This document shows positions 9,079 through 18,057 of a DNA stretch of 64,000 bases, in pieces. The notes beneath the pieces are model-generated. The model had not been told where the DNA came from and ran no database searches. It saw only the letters and a list, made by a program, of their open reading frames with translations. The first letter of the stretch is position 1. Each line of letters starts with the position of its first letter. A program made the position numbers and the translations under genes. This stretch comes from a virus. Where the stretch lies: the IMG/VR virus record IMGVR_UViG_3300026116_000003, positions 1 through 64,000 of that record; one strand, written 5' to 3'.

Positions 9079-9923
9079 CTCCACGTCTTCGGATTATTAA
9101 CATCAAAATCTTTTATCTCTTTCCCGTCCACAACAGAGTCGTATTCTGGAACTTTGTAATCTATTTGCTCGGAAGACCCCTTCTTCATTTGCATCTCTAT
9201 CTCCACAAACTTGTCGCAAAAAGAACTAAATGTATTGCACCGCTTGGAATACTCTTCTTTCCAATGCTCGAAATACCAACGCAAGACTTTCCGAACTTGT
9301 TGCTTGTCGCCATCTAGTTGCTTGAGCAAAAGCCTGCACCGAACAATCCATTGAGTTATTGTCTTTTCTGACCAGCCGGAACGAGTCGAGCCTTGTTTGC
9401 CCGCATGCAGTCGATTCTTTATATTCCAATTGGCATACTCTTCTACTATTTTTGCCGCGACGCTTTTCTTGGTTTGCAGACTCTCACCTTCCTCCGGAAA
9501 AATACAACCGCCGCCTCGCGGCGTATGTTTGTATTCTTTGTAAGAGTCTCTACGTAGTAGAGACGATTTGTTTTGCGCTTTTGTCGATACTAGTTTTGCG
9601 CTTTTGTCGAAACTAGTTTTACAGATTCTAAAATGGAGGATTGCTGGAAGTCCTTTTAGTTTCTCTTCAACTAAACCAGATAGTCTCAATACTTTCCGAG
9701 CAGTAGCTTGCTCTCTCGTAGATAGCCCAGTCTCTTCTTCCCACTCTATAGCCGATTTGTAAATCCAACCTTCGGAGTCTTTTGTTCGCTTAGTCCAGTA
9801 GACGAGTTGCGAGAGCATAAGCGCAGCGTTTACACTTCCAGTCCATTCTACGAAGATTCGATGAAACGCAATTGGTCGGTCGAGCAATTCAAGCGGACTG
9901 GTTTCGGTTATTTCATACTGCAT
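9075..9923 (-). CDS. phage replication initiator (N-terminal winged HTH)
   Basis: RPIAFHRIF...NAALMLSQLVYW...WIYKS..EWEEETGLS.REQ.TAR; upstream of dnaB. Confidence 0.75.
   Translation of the reverse strand: MQYEITETSPLELLDRPIAFHRIFVEWTGSVNAALMLSQLVYWTKRTKDSEGWIYKSAIEWEEETGLSTREQATARKVLRLSGLVEEKLKGLPAILHFRICKTSFDKSAKLVSTKAQNKSSLLRRDSYKEYKHTPRGGGCIFPEEGESLQTKKSVAAKIVEEYANWNIKNRLHAGKQGSTRSGWSEKTITQWIVRCRLLLKQLDGDKQQVRKVLRWYFEHWKEEYSKRCNTFSSFCDKFVEIEMQMKKGSSEQIDYKVPEYDSVVDGKEIKDFDVNNPKTWR
9546..9620. repeat. putative origin: two tandem 23-bp iteron-like repeats plus a hairpin inside the initiator gene
   Basis: ttttgcgcttttgtcga(t/a)actag at 9571 and 9594; gtctctac-gta-gtagagac at 9546-9564. Confidence 0.5.
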
Positions 9924-9940
9924 ACTTTTTCAAAAAGAAA

Positions 9941-10020
9941 AGCCGCCGTTCCGGGAGGTAAGAATTGGCGGAGCACCCTTTCCTCAACTACGAGTTGCGC
10001 CTTCTCCCTAAACGACGGCT
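9941..10020 (-). other. branched RNA structure in the leader of the initiator gene
   Basis: AGCCGUCGUU/AACGGCGGCU closing stem, GGGAG/CUCCC, GGCG/CGCC, CAACU-CGU-AGUUG, followed by UUUCUUUU. Confidence 0.5.
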
Positions 10021-10231
10021 TAAAATCTAAATTTCAACTCTCTTAGGCTTCTTACGGCCTTTGCAACTCTTTCGTCAGTCTATTATCTCGCTCGAACGAG
10101 ACAAGTCAAAACTTGCCCTTTTTCTTCTCTCATATACGGGGCCGAATTGGTCTTTCTTTCGCGTGCAATACGCTCTAGGACCGTTCGGACTCGCCAGCGA
10201 GCGTCAATATAGCGGTTTCAAAGCAAAAGAG

Positions 10232-10302
10232 CGGGGCCGCGTATCAGGAGAACAAATCTGGCGCCTGACAAAAAGCGCCAAACAAACCCGATACGGGCCC
10301 CG
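10232..10302 (-). terminator. large hairpin, probable terminator
   Basis: cggggcc(g)cgtatc...gatacgggccccg with inner ggcgc/gcgcc stem, followed by a U-rich tract on the minus strand. Confidence 0.5.
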
Positions 10303-10312
10303 CAAAATCAAA

Positions 10313-10582
10313 TCAACAAGCGAGCCGAGCCGCTTTCTGTTCTTCCACTACTTTCGCGTGGAGCACGAAGTCTTCGTATTGAGCGACGCAACGACACAGC
10401 GGGCATCCATACCAAGGTCCCTTATCGTTGCTTGTTACCATTACTGGCTGCTTAAAGCGAACAGCAATTCCCGGACAAGGGACGTCGCCGCCGGCCATCT
10501 TTGAAGTCTTGTTGCAAGCCATAGACAGCGGATAAGCTTCGTCTCCGATTCTTCCTTTTGGATTCATATTATTTTGATTCAA
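10313..10582 (-). CDS. hypothetical Cys-rich protein
   Basis: C..C..CPLC pattern. Confidence 0.5.
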   Translation of the reverse strand: MNQNNMNPKGRIGDEAYPLSMACNKTSKMAGGDVPCPGIAVRFKQPVMVTSNDKGPWYGCPLCRCVAQYEDFVLHAKVVEEQKAARLAC

Positions 10583-10651
10583 CTATTCATTGCGCGACTA
10601 GCGATGGGCCTAGCACTTACACGCTTGGCCGCGCAATGAAAGTTGAAAAGC

Positions 10652-11548
10652 TTAGTTGAGCAAGAGTTCATACGCCCGCGTGCGGAGCGTATCGTTGCGG
10701 CTCAAGACTGACTCAAACCGATTGATTTCCGGAGCAGTCAAGTCCGTGTGGCGATGCACGCGGTGGTGCGTCACGTGCTCCGTAACCGCGTTGAGCGCAT
10801 CCCAGCGGCTGCGCCCTTGATTGCCGTCGCCGAAGACGAACAGCTCCAGCATATTCTCGCGCTGGTTCTCGGTGCGCGTCGAGTCTCCAGGCATCAGCTT
10901 GCCGAGAAACTCCCTGCACTCCGGCAACGTCATCCGCACTTGCGCGAGATGGACGAATTGCTTCTGGACGATATCAATCTGCTCTTTCGCCGACGCCAGG
11001 AAGATAGTCTTCGCGGCCGCGTAGCGGATGTTCTGGCGCTCGGTATGCGACACCCACAAGTCGCTCGACAACTCCCGAGTAGTCATCCCGTTCTTGCAAG
11101 TCAAGCGCTCCATGAAGAGCTGCGACTTGCGCGGCGTTCCGCCATCCCACCCGTCGACCGAGTGAATAAAGACGTTCGTAATATCGCCCTTCTCCCGGAT
11201 GTTCTTGGGGAAAGAGATATCTTGCTTGAGCTTGATGAACGCGAAGGCGCGAGAGCGCTCCGGCAGGAAGCCGGCGCGAACCACCGTCCCGTCTATCGAC
11301 TCTGCAAACTCGTATTGAGATTGCAAGAACTGCCGGGGGTCGCTTGGCGGGTAATCTTCCCCGACAATCCCCAGCGGCGCTTTCGTATCGCTCCGGTAGA
11401 GGAGCTTCTTCCGCAGCGCCTGGATTCCAGTAGCGGTCCCCGAGATGGTATCCGCTTCCGGTTGCCAGTCCAAGTCCGCCAGTTTTAGCGTCTCTTCAAA
11501 GCTCGACGCCGCCGCTACACCGACCGTTTCAATTACTGATGTATTCAT
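10652..11548 (-). CDS. DUF932 family phage/plasmid protein
   Basis: ADLDW, RSDT..PLGIVGEDY, GWDGG, RLTCKNGM, SHT, WDALNAVTEH.TH. Confidence 0.85.
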   Translation of the reverse strand: MNTSVIETVGVAAASSFEETLKLADLDWQPEADTISGTATGIQALRKKLLYRSDTKAPLGIVGEDYPPSDPRQFLQSQYEFAESIDGTVVRAGFLPERSRAFAFIKLKQDISFPKNIREKGDITNVFIHSVDGWDGGTPRKSQLFMERLTCKNGMTTRELSSDLWVSHTERQNIRYAAAKTIFLASAKEQIDIVQKQFVHLAQVRMTLPECREFLGKLMPGDSTRTENQRENMLELFVFGDGNQGRSRWDALNAVTEHVTHHRVHRHTDLTAPEINRFESVLSRNDTLRTRAYELLLN

Positions 11549-11583
11549 ATTCTTATTATCTCGTTTAGGTTAAAGTTTTGCTC

Positions 11584-12174
11584 TCAAGAATACATCCCTG
11601 GATACTCGACGCCGTCTGCTTCGTCGGCTGCGTTAGTAACGTCTTCGGCCAGCTGGCGAATCTCGTCCTTCTTGTCGTCATCCAAGACCAGACCCTCGGG
11701 CAGCGTCGCTCCTTCTTCCAGCAACTCTTCCAGGCGCTCGGCCGCTTGACGCAACGCATACGCCGCTTGGCTTCCGCGATGCGCCCGGCTCGTCTCGTCG
11801 CTCGGCGCAACGAATACTCTGACCGGCTCCAGATACTCTGGCACGTCGAGCGTATTCGCTACGTTATCCAAAGCCGAAATCGCTTCTTGCAGCTGGTCTC
11901 CCTTATCTCCGTTCTGGAACCCTTCCGGCAAGTTGTCATACCAGTCCTGGAGCTCGTCCCGTAGCGTCTCAAACTCGGAGATGGCGTCAGGAATTACCGA
12001 CGTCACCGACGTGGTATACATAGCTGTCAACATAGCCTTGAATTCTTCTACCGTAGGCAAGTCGATAACTATTTGATACCAGCCCTTGCGAGATGACTTG
12101 AGTCGCGCTTGCAATACCCTAAGGGCGTGCGGCCCGTAGGTCTTGTTCAATTTGATTTTGCTGATTTCGTTCAT
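11584..12174 (-). CDS. hypothetical acidic phage protein
   Basis: LRDELQDWYDNLPEGFQNGDKG motif; A-rich leader. Confidence 0.6.
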   Translation of the reverse strand: MNEISKIKLNKTYGPHALRVLQARLKSSRKGWYQIVIDLPTVEEFKAMLTAMYTTSVTSVIPDAISEFETLRDELQDWYDNLPEGFQNGDKGDQLQEAISALDNVANTLDVPEYLEPVRVFVAPSDETSRAHRGSQAAYALRQAAERLEELLEEGATLPEGLVLDDDKKDEIRQLAEDVTNAADEADGVEYPGMYS

Positions 12175-12209
12175 ACTGTTTTTGTTTGTTTTTTGTTTGC
12201 CCTGCGAAA

Positions 12210-12791
12210 TTACTTAGCTGCCGGGATGCGGACGAATTGAGCCGGCGTGAACCGAACGGCTTGCGAGCGCAAAGAATCGTTGAAGATACCGAGCGCAAGT
12301 TCCATCTTCTCTTGATTCGCTAGGGCTCGATTGTAGGGCAAGCGAGTCCAGCCGACTGTCCCGCTCGCGGTATGCTTGACGAAATAGCGAGTTGTCCAGC
12401 CGACGTCTTTGAATTCGACCTCGATTGCATCGCCTACTTTCAAGTCAAACAGGCCGTTCTCGCTGGCGATATTCTGCCGCGCTTGCTTGCGGGCAAACTC
12501 GCTTGAGCGACGCTTTTCCTTCAAGTCCATTGCTTCGACTTGCGCCGCGTGGACCGTTGCGCTAGCGACGTTCCCCAGCACTGTCAACATGCGGAAAGGA
12601 ACGGTCCAGAGTCCCTTCGATTCCCCTTCTGGCATTACTTCAGCGACTTGATGCTGGATGGAGGGGAGCCCGAACTTGGCGAATTTGCGCCCGCGTTCAA
12701 TCGTCTTGAGCCGAACCACGACTCCAGTAACTTGACCGCGACGCCCGTTAAACCGCACTCTTGCACCGACTTTGATTTCGTTTTTTGTCAT
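12210..12791 (-). CDS. hypothetical protein (SH3/KOW-like repeats)
   Basis: IKVGARVRF and LKVGDAIEV; ATG directly after a promoter repeat. Confidence 0.6.
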   Translation of the reverse strand: MTKNEIKVGARVRFNGRRGQVTGVVVRLKTIERGRKFAKFGLPSIQHQVAEVMPEGESKGLWTVPFRMLTVLGNVASATVHAAQVEAMDLKEKRRSSEFARKQARQNIASENGLFDLKVGDAIEVEFKDVGWTTRYFVKHTASGTVGWTRLPYNRALANQEKMELALGIFNDSLRSQAVRFTPAQFVRIPAAK

Positions 12792-12821
12792 ACTAAGTTA
12801 TCGACGCCCTGTGGAAATACT

Positions 12822-13163
12822 TTAGCTCTTTGTTCCGATAAAAGTTACCGGAGTCGTAAAGTGCGCTAGGGAGAGCGGATAGCGCTCTTTTCCCAAGTGC
12901 AAAAGGACTTGCTTTGCGTGGTCGAGCGCATGGGCTTGAATCTTCGGCCAGTTGCGGTCGCTGACGAACCAGCGCTTGTTTTCTTTGTCAGCGAGCGCAA
13001 AGAAGTGGTCTGGAATCAAGTTGCGCCGCGCGTCGTCTTTGCTATAGTCGCTCAACTTAGCCGGAGTCCGTCCGCTAGCTAATATACATTCGCAGCCCTT
13101 GAGCCACGTATAAACCATCCACTCGCCCGCTTCCCGATTCAGTTGTCTTATTGTTCGTTTCAT
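12822..13163 (-). CDS. hypothetical protein
   Basis: Start MKRTIRQ after a promoter repeat; its stop is the TAA of the next repeat. Confidence 0.65.
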   Translation of the reverse strand: MKRTIRQLNREAGEWMVYTWLKGCECILASGRTPAKLSDYSKDDARRNLIPDHFFALADKENKRWFVSDRNWPKIQAHALDHAKQVLLHLGKERYPLSLAHFTTPVTFIGTKS

Positions 13164-13194
13164 ACCAGTATTATCGTCAGCCCTTAGGGATACT

Positions 13195-13377
13195 TTAGTC
13201 CAATTGAAACATATCTTTGATTGCCTCCAGGATATCGCAATCCCGTATCGGCGGCAGGTCGCCGGCGATGTAATGCTCGAAAGCGCCCTTGCGATACCAA
13301 TTGTCAAACTTCTGGCTTTTAAGCGTATCCAGTATCTTTTGAGCCACTTTGTCTTGATTCGATTTGTTTTTATTCAT
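13195..13377 (-). CDS. hypothetical protein
   Basis: MNKNKSNQDK..., bounded by promoter repeats. Confidence 0.6.
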   Translation of the reverse strand: MNKNKSNQDKVAQKILDTLKSQKFDNWYRKGAFEHYIAGDLPPIRDCDILEAIKDMFQLD

Positions 13378-13408
13378 ACCAGTATTATCGTCAGCCCTTA
13401 GGGATACT

Positions 13409-13801
13409 TTAGCTTTTCTTTTTGCACTCCGGCCCGATACCGGATTCGATTGATTCCGGAACCGTGAGCTTGCGACCGCAGCGGCAACATTTGCCGGCGT
13501 GCTGGATTTCAACTTTCCCGGCGAGCTCGTTCAAGTGAGACCAGATATACGCGAAGGCTACCGCGCTAGGAGCGCTTGGAGCAATCGAAGAGCGAAGTCC
13601 ATGGCGGTAATTCTCTCCGTTGAAAATCGTCCCGAGGAACGTATAGCTCGATTCGTTGTCGGGGCCCGTAAGGACTTTGACGAAGTGGGGCGACTCCGGC
13701 TTGGGCTGACGAATCTTGTAAGTAAAGCGAGTCCCGGTCTTGAGCGACGTAGCGGTAAACGTAGCGTTCCCCGCCAGCGCGAATTCTTTAATATTTATCA
13801 T
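13409..13801 (-). CDS. DUF6011-like zinc-finger protein
   Basis: AGNATFT.TS.KTGTRFTY; CCRCGRKLTVPESIESGIGPEC. Confidence 0.8.
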   Translation of the reverse strand: MINIKEFALAGNATFTATSLKTGTRFTYKIRQPKPESPHFVKVLTGPDNESSYTFLGTIFNGENYRHGLRSSIAPSAPSAVAFAYIWSHLNELAGKVEIQHAGKCCRCGRKLTVPESIESGIGPECKKKS

Positions 13802-13831
13802 ACAAGTATATCGTCAGCCCTTAGGGATACT

Positions 13832-14593
13832 TTAGCTGACTAACTTCATTTCAGAAGGCTTGGTCCCCGGTGCGAATCGGACTTCACTTGCGAAGCTGGC
13901 TTTTAGCGCTTTCATCGCTTCAGCTTGCTTGACGCGAAGAGCCACGATTTTCTCCCATTGCCCGACTGTGAACGTCTCGCCCTTGTAGGTGAGCTTGCCG
14001 TTCTCTTCGACGCGAAACCCCTCTGGCGTCGAGTATTCCGACAACCAGCTCTGCTGAGTAAGTTGCTTGACGAATTCCTTGCTAATAGGGGCGGCGATGA
14101 ACGTCCGATAGCGAGCTTCTGTTGCCGCTTTGATTTGCTCGACCGAGCGCTCGTGTTGAGCGACGCCGACGATTTCCCGAATCTTCTCTAGCGCTTTGGC
14201 TTTCTGCTTTGCGTCGAGCCCGAGCTCCCGGCCGTTGCCGATTTTCAGCCACTTAGTATCGCCGTAATCGCCGATAACGAGCTTCCAGCCAGTGCAATGC
14301 CCACTGGACCACTTGCTTGAGCCCGTATACATATTCTCAATTCGAACGCGAACACCGAGCGCCCTAGTCCCGTCCGTAGCCGGGTCGAGTTGCCGCAAGA
14401 CCGCGAGCTCGGCTACATTTTGCTCAATTTGCGCTTGAGCGCGGGAAGCCAGTTCTTGCTCGTGCTTTACGATACGCTCGGAGGGTTCGATACCGTTCAT
14501 CATTCCAGCTTCAATCGCGTCTTTGTTGATATCGTTGAATTCGGTACAGAACTGCGTGGACTTTTCGACTTTGATATTTTGATTCGTTGTCAT
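13832..14593 (-). CDS. hypothetical protein
   Basis: 253-aa ORF bounded by repeats. Confidence 0.65.
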   Translation of the reverse strand: MTTNQNIKVEKSTQFCTEFNDINKDAIEAGMMNGIEPSERIVKHEQELASRAQAQIEQNVAELAVLRQLDPATDGTRALGVRVRIENMYTGSSKWSSGHCTGWKLVIGDYGDTKWLKIGNGRELGLDAKQKAKALEKIREIVGVAQHERSVEQIKAATEARYRTFIAAPISKEFVKQLTQQSWLSEYSTPEGFRVEENGKLTYKGETFTVGQWEKIVALRVKQAEAMKALKASFASEVRFAPGTKPSEMKLVS

Positions 14594-14656
14594 ATTTTGA
14601 TTTTGTTTTTTTGCCCTTGTAAGAGAGTTATCGTCAGAGTAGGGAAATACTTTAGC

Positions 14657-14854
14657 TCAAACTTTAGAAACTCGAACGAACGCCAGCCCGTAAGAGCTAG
14701 AGTCTTGAGCGATATCGTTGTGCTTCGCCCAAGCTCTCAAAGCTTCCAGCGTGAATAATGAACCCGCGTATTGCTTCGACGTTGCTTCAACCGTTAGCTC
14801 AGTCGTCTCGTATCCGACCGCCGTTACCGTTACTTTGAATTTGTTCGTTTTCAT
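14657..14854 (-). CDS. hypothetical protein
   Basis: ATG immediately after the sigma54-like promoter. Confidence 0.6.
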   Translation of the reverse strand: MKTNKFKVTVTAVGYETTELTVEATSKQYAGSLFTLEALRAWAKHNDIAQDSSSYGLAFVRVSKV

Positions 14855-14981
14855 ACTCCCCTAATAGCAAGCTCGATACCACTACTGTATTATCTCTAAC
14901 ACGTTGAGTTTAAGCCAAACCTTAAATCGACTCTTTCCCTAGTGTCCCAAATCGAGATAGACACTGTCTCAAATTTGGACT
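14855..14981 (-). promoter_or_regulatory. sigma54-type promoter block, copy 1 (-24/-12, IHF-like site, tandem UAS-like sites)
   Basis: TGGTAT-CGAGC-TTGCT (14866-14881); ACTCAA-CGTG-TTA (14897-14909); TGTC-N9-GAYW at 14943 and 14965. Confidence 0.7.
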
Positions 14982-15016
14982 GGAGCTTCTTTCGCGTAGC
15001 GTCTCGCTTCGGAAAG

Positions 15017-15083
15017 ACGTCCTAATCCGTCAGGATTGCACGCCAGGACCGTTTGGATTTGCTTTTGAGTGTCAATATAGCGG
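15017..15083. repeat. dispersed structured repeat, copy 2
   Basis: gtcctaatccgtcaggattgcacgccaggacc...tttgagtgtcaatatagcgg. Confidence 0.75.
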
Positions 15084-15100
15084 CCTGCTAGGGTAACGTC

Positions 15101-15601
15101 CTATAACTTAAAGCTCAAAGCGTAGCGAGTCGCTACTTCGTTCGGCTCGTAGAAGTGGCCCTCGGCTGCGGCTTGAGATACGTCTTGCCAGAGGAAGTCC
15201 GGCGGCTTAGGGGCGAGCCATTCCATCCCGAGCGTCGAGACGAAAGCCGGGAACGTCCCGGTAGAGAAGTCTACTATCTCGTTCGTATCCGGCAACGCAA
15301 TCCAGACATGCATCTCGGGGATTCCTCCGGACGCCATAGCGAGTATTGAGTTGAAGTCCGTCGGGCTCCACTTGAAAGCGAAGTGCGTCCCGCGCACGCC
15401 GTCGTCGAGATGCTTGGGGACGATTTCCCATTGCATCGTCCCCGCTTGCAGGACGGGGCGATAGAAGCGCGGGTAACGGCTCAAGACTTCCATCCCAATC
15501 TTCGCTAAGTAAGCGCAAGCGCGGTGCGGTTCGATATCCGCGTGGCGCTCTTTGAAGAGCCGCTGGACCAGCTCAAAGATTCGTTGACGAGCTTCGTTCA
15601 T
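15101..15601 (-). CDS. hypothetical protein (possible Cys-His-Asp transglutaminase/papain-like fold)
   Basis: ACAY...EMHVWIAL....EIVDFST. Confidence 0.5.
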   Translation of the reverse strand: MNEARQRIFELVQRLFKERHADIEPHRACAYLAKIGMEVLSRYPRFYRPVLQAGTMQWEIVPKHLDDGVRGTHFAFKWSPTDFNSILAMASGGIPEMHVWIALPDTNEIVDFSTGTFPAFVSTLGMEWLAPKPPDFLWQDVSQAAAEGHFYEPNEVATRYALSFKL

Positions 15602-16065
15602 ATCCCTGCCTTTAGCTTGAGCTTTTCCAGCGCAGCTCTCGCTTTAACTTTGATTTGCCCTTCCCATTCGGTATCCTGCCGCCCGAGCGTCAGGCCGTGG
15701 TATGCGTCGAGCAAGTCCTTCAGCGCCTGCCAATCTTCGCTCGCTCGCTCGTCTCTCTTGCTTCGTCGCTTGTCGCAATCGCAAGCAACTACGTGCCCGT
15801 GTTTGTCGCACCAGTGCGTCGGTCGTTTGGGGTGGCAATCTAAACTTCCGTCAATCCGATAGTCTTGCGGCAAGTAATCTTCGGTCTCAATCCACTGGCG
15901 AATTGCTTTCGCTTCTTCCGCGCTAAAGTAAGCCTCTATCGGCCCGCGGCGAAAGAGCAGTGCGTCTCTTCGCTCTTTCGTAATCGTGTGCCCGTGGACT
16001 AGCAATCGCCCAGCTTCCGTTGCGTTGAGGTCTCGCACCAGTTTGTCTCTTGTATTGATACTCAT
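15598..16065 (-). CDS. hypothetical protein
   Basis: ATGA overlap with the downstream gene. Confidence 0.55.
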   Translation of the reverse strand: MSINTRDKLVRDLNATEAGRLLVHGHTITKERRDALLFRRGPIEAYFSAEEAKAIRQWIETEDYLPQDYRIDGSLDCHPKRPTHWCDKHGHVVACDCDKRRSKRDERASEDWQALKDLLDAYHGLTLGRQDTEWEGQIKVKARAALEKLKLKAGI

Positions 16066-16066
16066 A

Positions 16067-16375
16067 TCAGTAATCTCCAGTCGGTTCGTTGCGCCCCATG
16101 ACTTCGTTGTAATATCCCATCGGGTCGGCTTCTCGCGTGCAACTATCGCAGTGGTATCCGTGCGCTTTTTGATACGACGAGCGCAAGCGAGATTTGCACG
16201 TCGGGCACAATAGCGGATGATTTTCAGGAGGAAGTCCGTTCGTCTCTTTCTCTACTTTCGGGATTCCAGTGGCGCAAGCTTTGCACTTCCCGGCGTGCTC
16301 TCTAGCGTATTTCTTCGACGTAAGAGCACCGCACGAACACCGGACCGTAAACTGCTTGAATTGAAAGTTGCTCAT
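16067..16375 (-). CDS. Cys-rich zinc-finger protein
   Basis: CSC, CKAC, CPTC, CDSC. Confidence 0.6.
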   Translation of the reverse strand: MSNFQFKQFTVRCSCGALTSKKYAREHAGKCKACATGIPKVEKETNGLPPENHPLLCPTCKSRLRSSYQKAHGYHCDSCTREADPMGYYNEVMGRNEPTGDY

Positions 16376-17085
16376 ATTCCAATCCTCCCATTCGCTTTGC
16401 CGCTGCCGACTTGATTGAGGCGAATCTGCTGCCCCTTAGCTCGCCCGAAAGCGTAAGCCGAGTTGCTGACTTGTTGCGCCCGAGCTTTCGAGCGAATCAA
16501 TACGGGGAAGTCTTGCGCCACGCGCTTCGATATCAGAGCGTCTTTATTGACGACAATCAGCGCCCAGCAACTCGCTTCCTTCGGAGTCAGCTTCGCTTCT
16601 TCGCGCCGGTTCACTTCGATAATTCCGTCGCAGAGCCCGCGAAAGACTCCGTTCTTGTTTGCGGCGCAACTGACCATCCCGTTTTTCTCGGCGTGGTAAT
16701 ACGTCGAGGGAAAGACTTTCTCCAGATAGGGGAAGAGCTCCCGGCAGATGGCGACGTCCGTCGCTTCTCCGATAAAGATAGCCTTCGTGCCACTGATGAT
16801 AACTTGAACGCCGAAGCACTGGCGCAGCACGCGATAAATCCACGTATGGTAGGGCTTTTGAGCGCTCGTCTTTATCTGGATATCGGCGCGGTCGATTTCA
16901 ATCGACGAGCCAGCAGAACGACCGGCCGCCATATCAATCGACGCCAGTTCAATCCCGTGCTTCATGGCCAGCTCTTTCGCTTTGCCCATCGCCGCTTCCA
17001 TCTCGCCTTGCGAAGCGTTGCCGTGAGACAGCGCGAGGCACTTGCGAATCTTTTCAATCACCGCCGAGTTCATTTGATTTGTCAT
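16372..17085 (-). CDS. DUF2786 domain protein
   Basis: IEKIRKCLALS....GEMEAAM.KA.ELAMKHGI. Confidence 0.85.
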   Translation of the reverse strand: MTNQMNSAVIEKIRKCLALSHGNASQGEMEAAMGKAKELAMKHGIELASIDMAAGRSAGSSIEIDRADIQIKTSAQKPYHTWIYRVLRQCFGVQVIISGTKAIFIGEATDVAICRELFPYLEKVFPSTYYHAEKNGMVSCAANKNGVFRGLCDGIIEVNRREEAKLTPKEASCWALIVVNKDALISKRVAQDFPVLIRSKARAQQVSNSAYAFGRAKGQQIRLNQVGSGKANGRIGI

Positions 17086-17147
17086 AACTTGTTTTTTTTG
17101 TTTCGCCCTGTGGAAAGTATATCGTCAGCCCTTAGGGATACTTTAGC

Positions 17148-17444
17148 TCAAATCGAGAAATCAATTACGACGCTCGCAACTGTCGCAACCACAACCGTGA
17201 ACTTTACCCACCAGTGCGATTGATTCGCTACGCTCGCTCCGCCGCGGAACGCCGCGTAGTGCTCGCCCTCGTCGACTAACACTGCGCCGGGAACGGCCGC
17301 GATTACTTGAGCCGCGTAGCTTTCCGCGCTACCGCCGTGACGATAGTAGAACCCGTGGCGAGCAGTAAAGACGCCATTCCGCAAGCTTATTGAATCCGCC
17401 GATATTAGTTCCTCGATTTGCTTTATTGTCATTTTGTTTTTCAT
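17148..17444 (-). CDS. hypothetical protein
   Basis: ATG after the second sigma54-like promoter. Confidence 0.6.
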   Translation of the reverse strand: MKNKMTIKQIEELISADSISLRNGVFTARHGFYYRHGGSAESYAAQVIAAVPGAVLVDEGEHYAAFRGGASVANQSHWWVKFTVVVATVASVVIDFSI

Positions 17445-17571
17445 ACTCCCCTAATAGCAAGCTCGATACCACTACTGTATTATCTCTAAGTGCTTGAGTT
17501 TAAGCCAAACCCTAAATTGAAGATTCCCCTAGTGTCTCGCTCCTAGATAGACAGTGTCCCGTTTCGAGTCA
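17445..17571 (-). promoter_or_regulatory. sigma54-type promoter block, copy 2
   Basis: Same -24/-12 element (17456-17471), ACTCAA-GCAC-TTA, and TGTC sites at 17533 and 17555 with identical spacing. Confidence 0.7.
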
Positions 17572-17847
17572 AAACCCCCGAGTTTGCCCGAAAGTTCCCC
17601 ACTTGCTGATAAATTCCAGGTCCAGGAGGACTTGCTTCGTTATCGGGCTCACCGCAGGTTCTGCCGGAACGCTAGCCAGGGCGCGTGAACGCACGCTCGC
17701 TTGACGTTGCTCGACGAGCGCCGGGATTGACGCTAGGTTGGTCGAGACGTAGAGCAAACAAGCGAGAGCCAGCCAGAACGTCTTGAGACTCGCTACCGCT
17801 GGCGTCGGTCCAACCAGCACGTCGAATTCGAAAGCGTCATTGTTCAT
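17569..17847 (-). CDS. hypothetical membrane protein
   Basis: hydrophobic segment FWLALACLLYV. Confidence 0.45.
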   Translation of the reverse strand: MNNDAFEFDVLVGPTPAVASLKTFWLALACLLYVSTNLASIPALVEQRQASVRSRALASVPAEPAVSPITKQVLLDLEFISKWGTFGQTRGF

Positions 17848-17865
17848 ACTGGTAAAATCGCTAAA

Positions 17866-18057
17866 TCAATGAGCCGAAGCTACATACCACTTGTTATCTA
17901 CGCCGAGCACAATTTGAAACTTTCCCTTGTGAGAGACGAAAACAGCCGGCGGCATTCCGCAGGGGCGAGGACGAAGCTCTACAATCGCCGCCGTCAAAGG
18001 CACGCCATTTTCAATTTCGACTTGCACTAAATCACCGACTTTTAAGTTTTTCTTCAT
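17866..18057 (-). CDS. hypothetical protein (SH3-like)
   Basis: LKVGDLVQV; follows a promoter repeat. Confidence 0.6.
   Translation of the reverse strand: MKKNLKVGDLVQVEIENGVPLTAAIVELRPRPCGMPPAVFVSHKGKFQIVLGVDNKWYVASAH

Noticed and set aside
13164-13512. Shared peptide KVSLRADDNTGM in ORF-track proteins 12822..13307 and 13195..13512
   Set aside because: An artefact of reading through the promoter repeat; the true starts are the ATGs after it.
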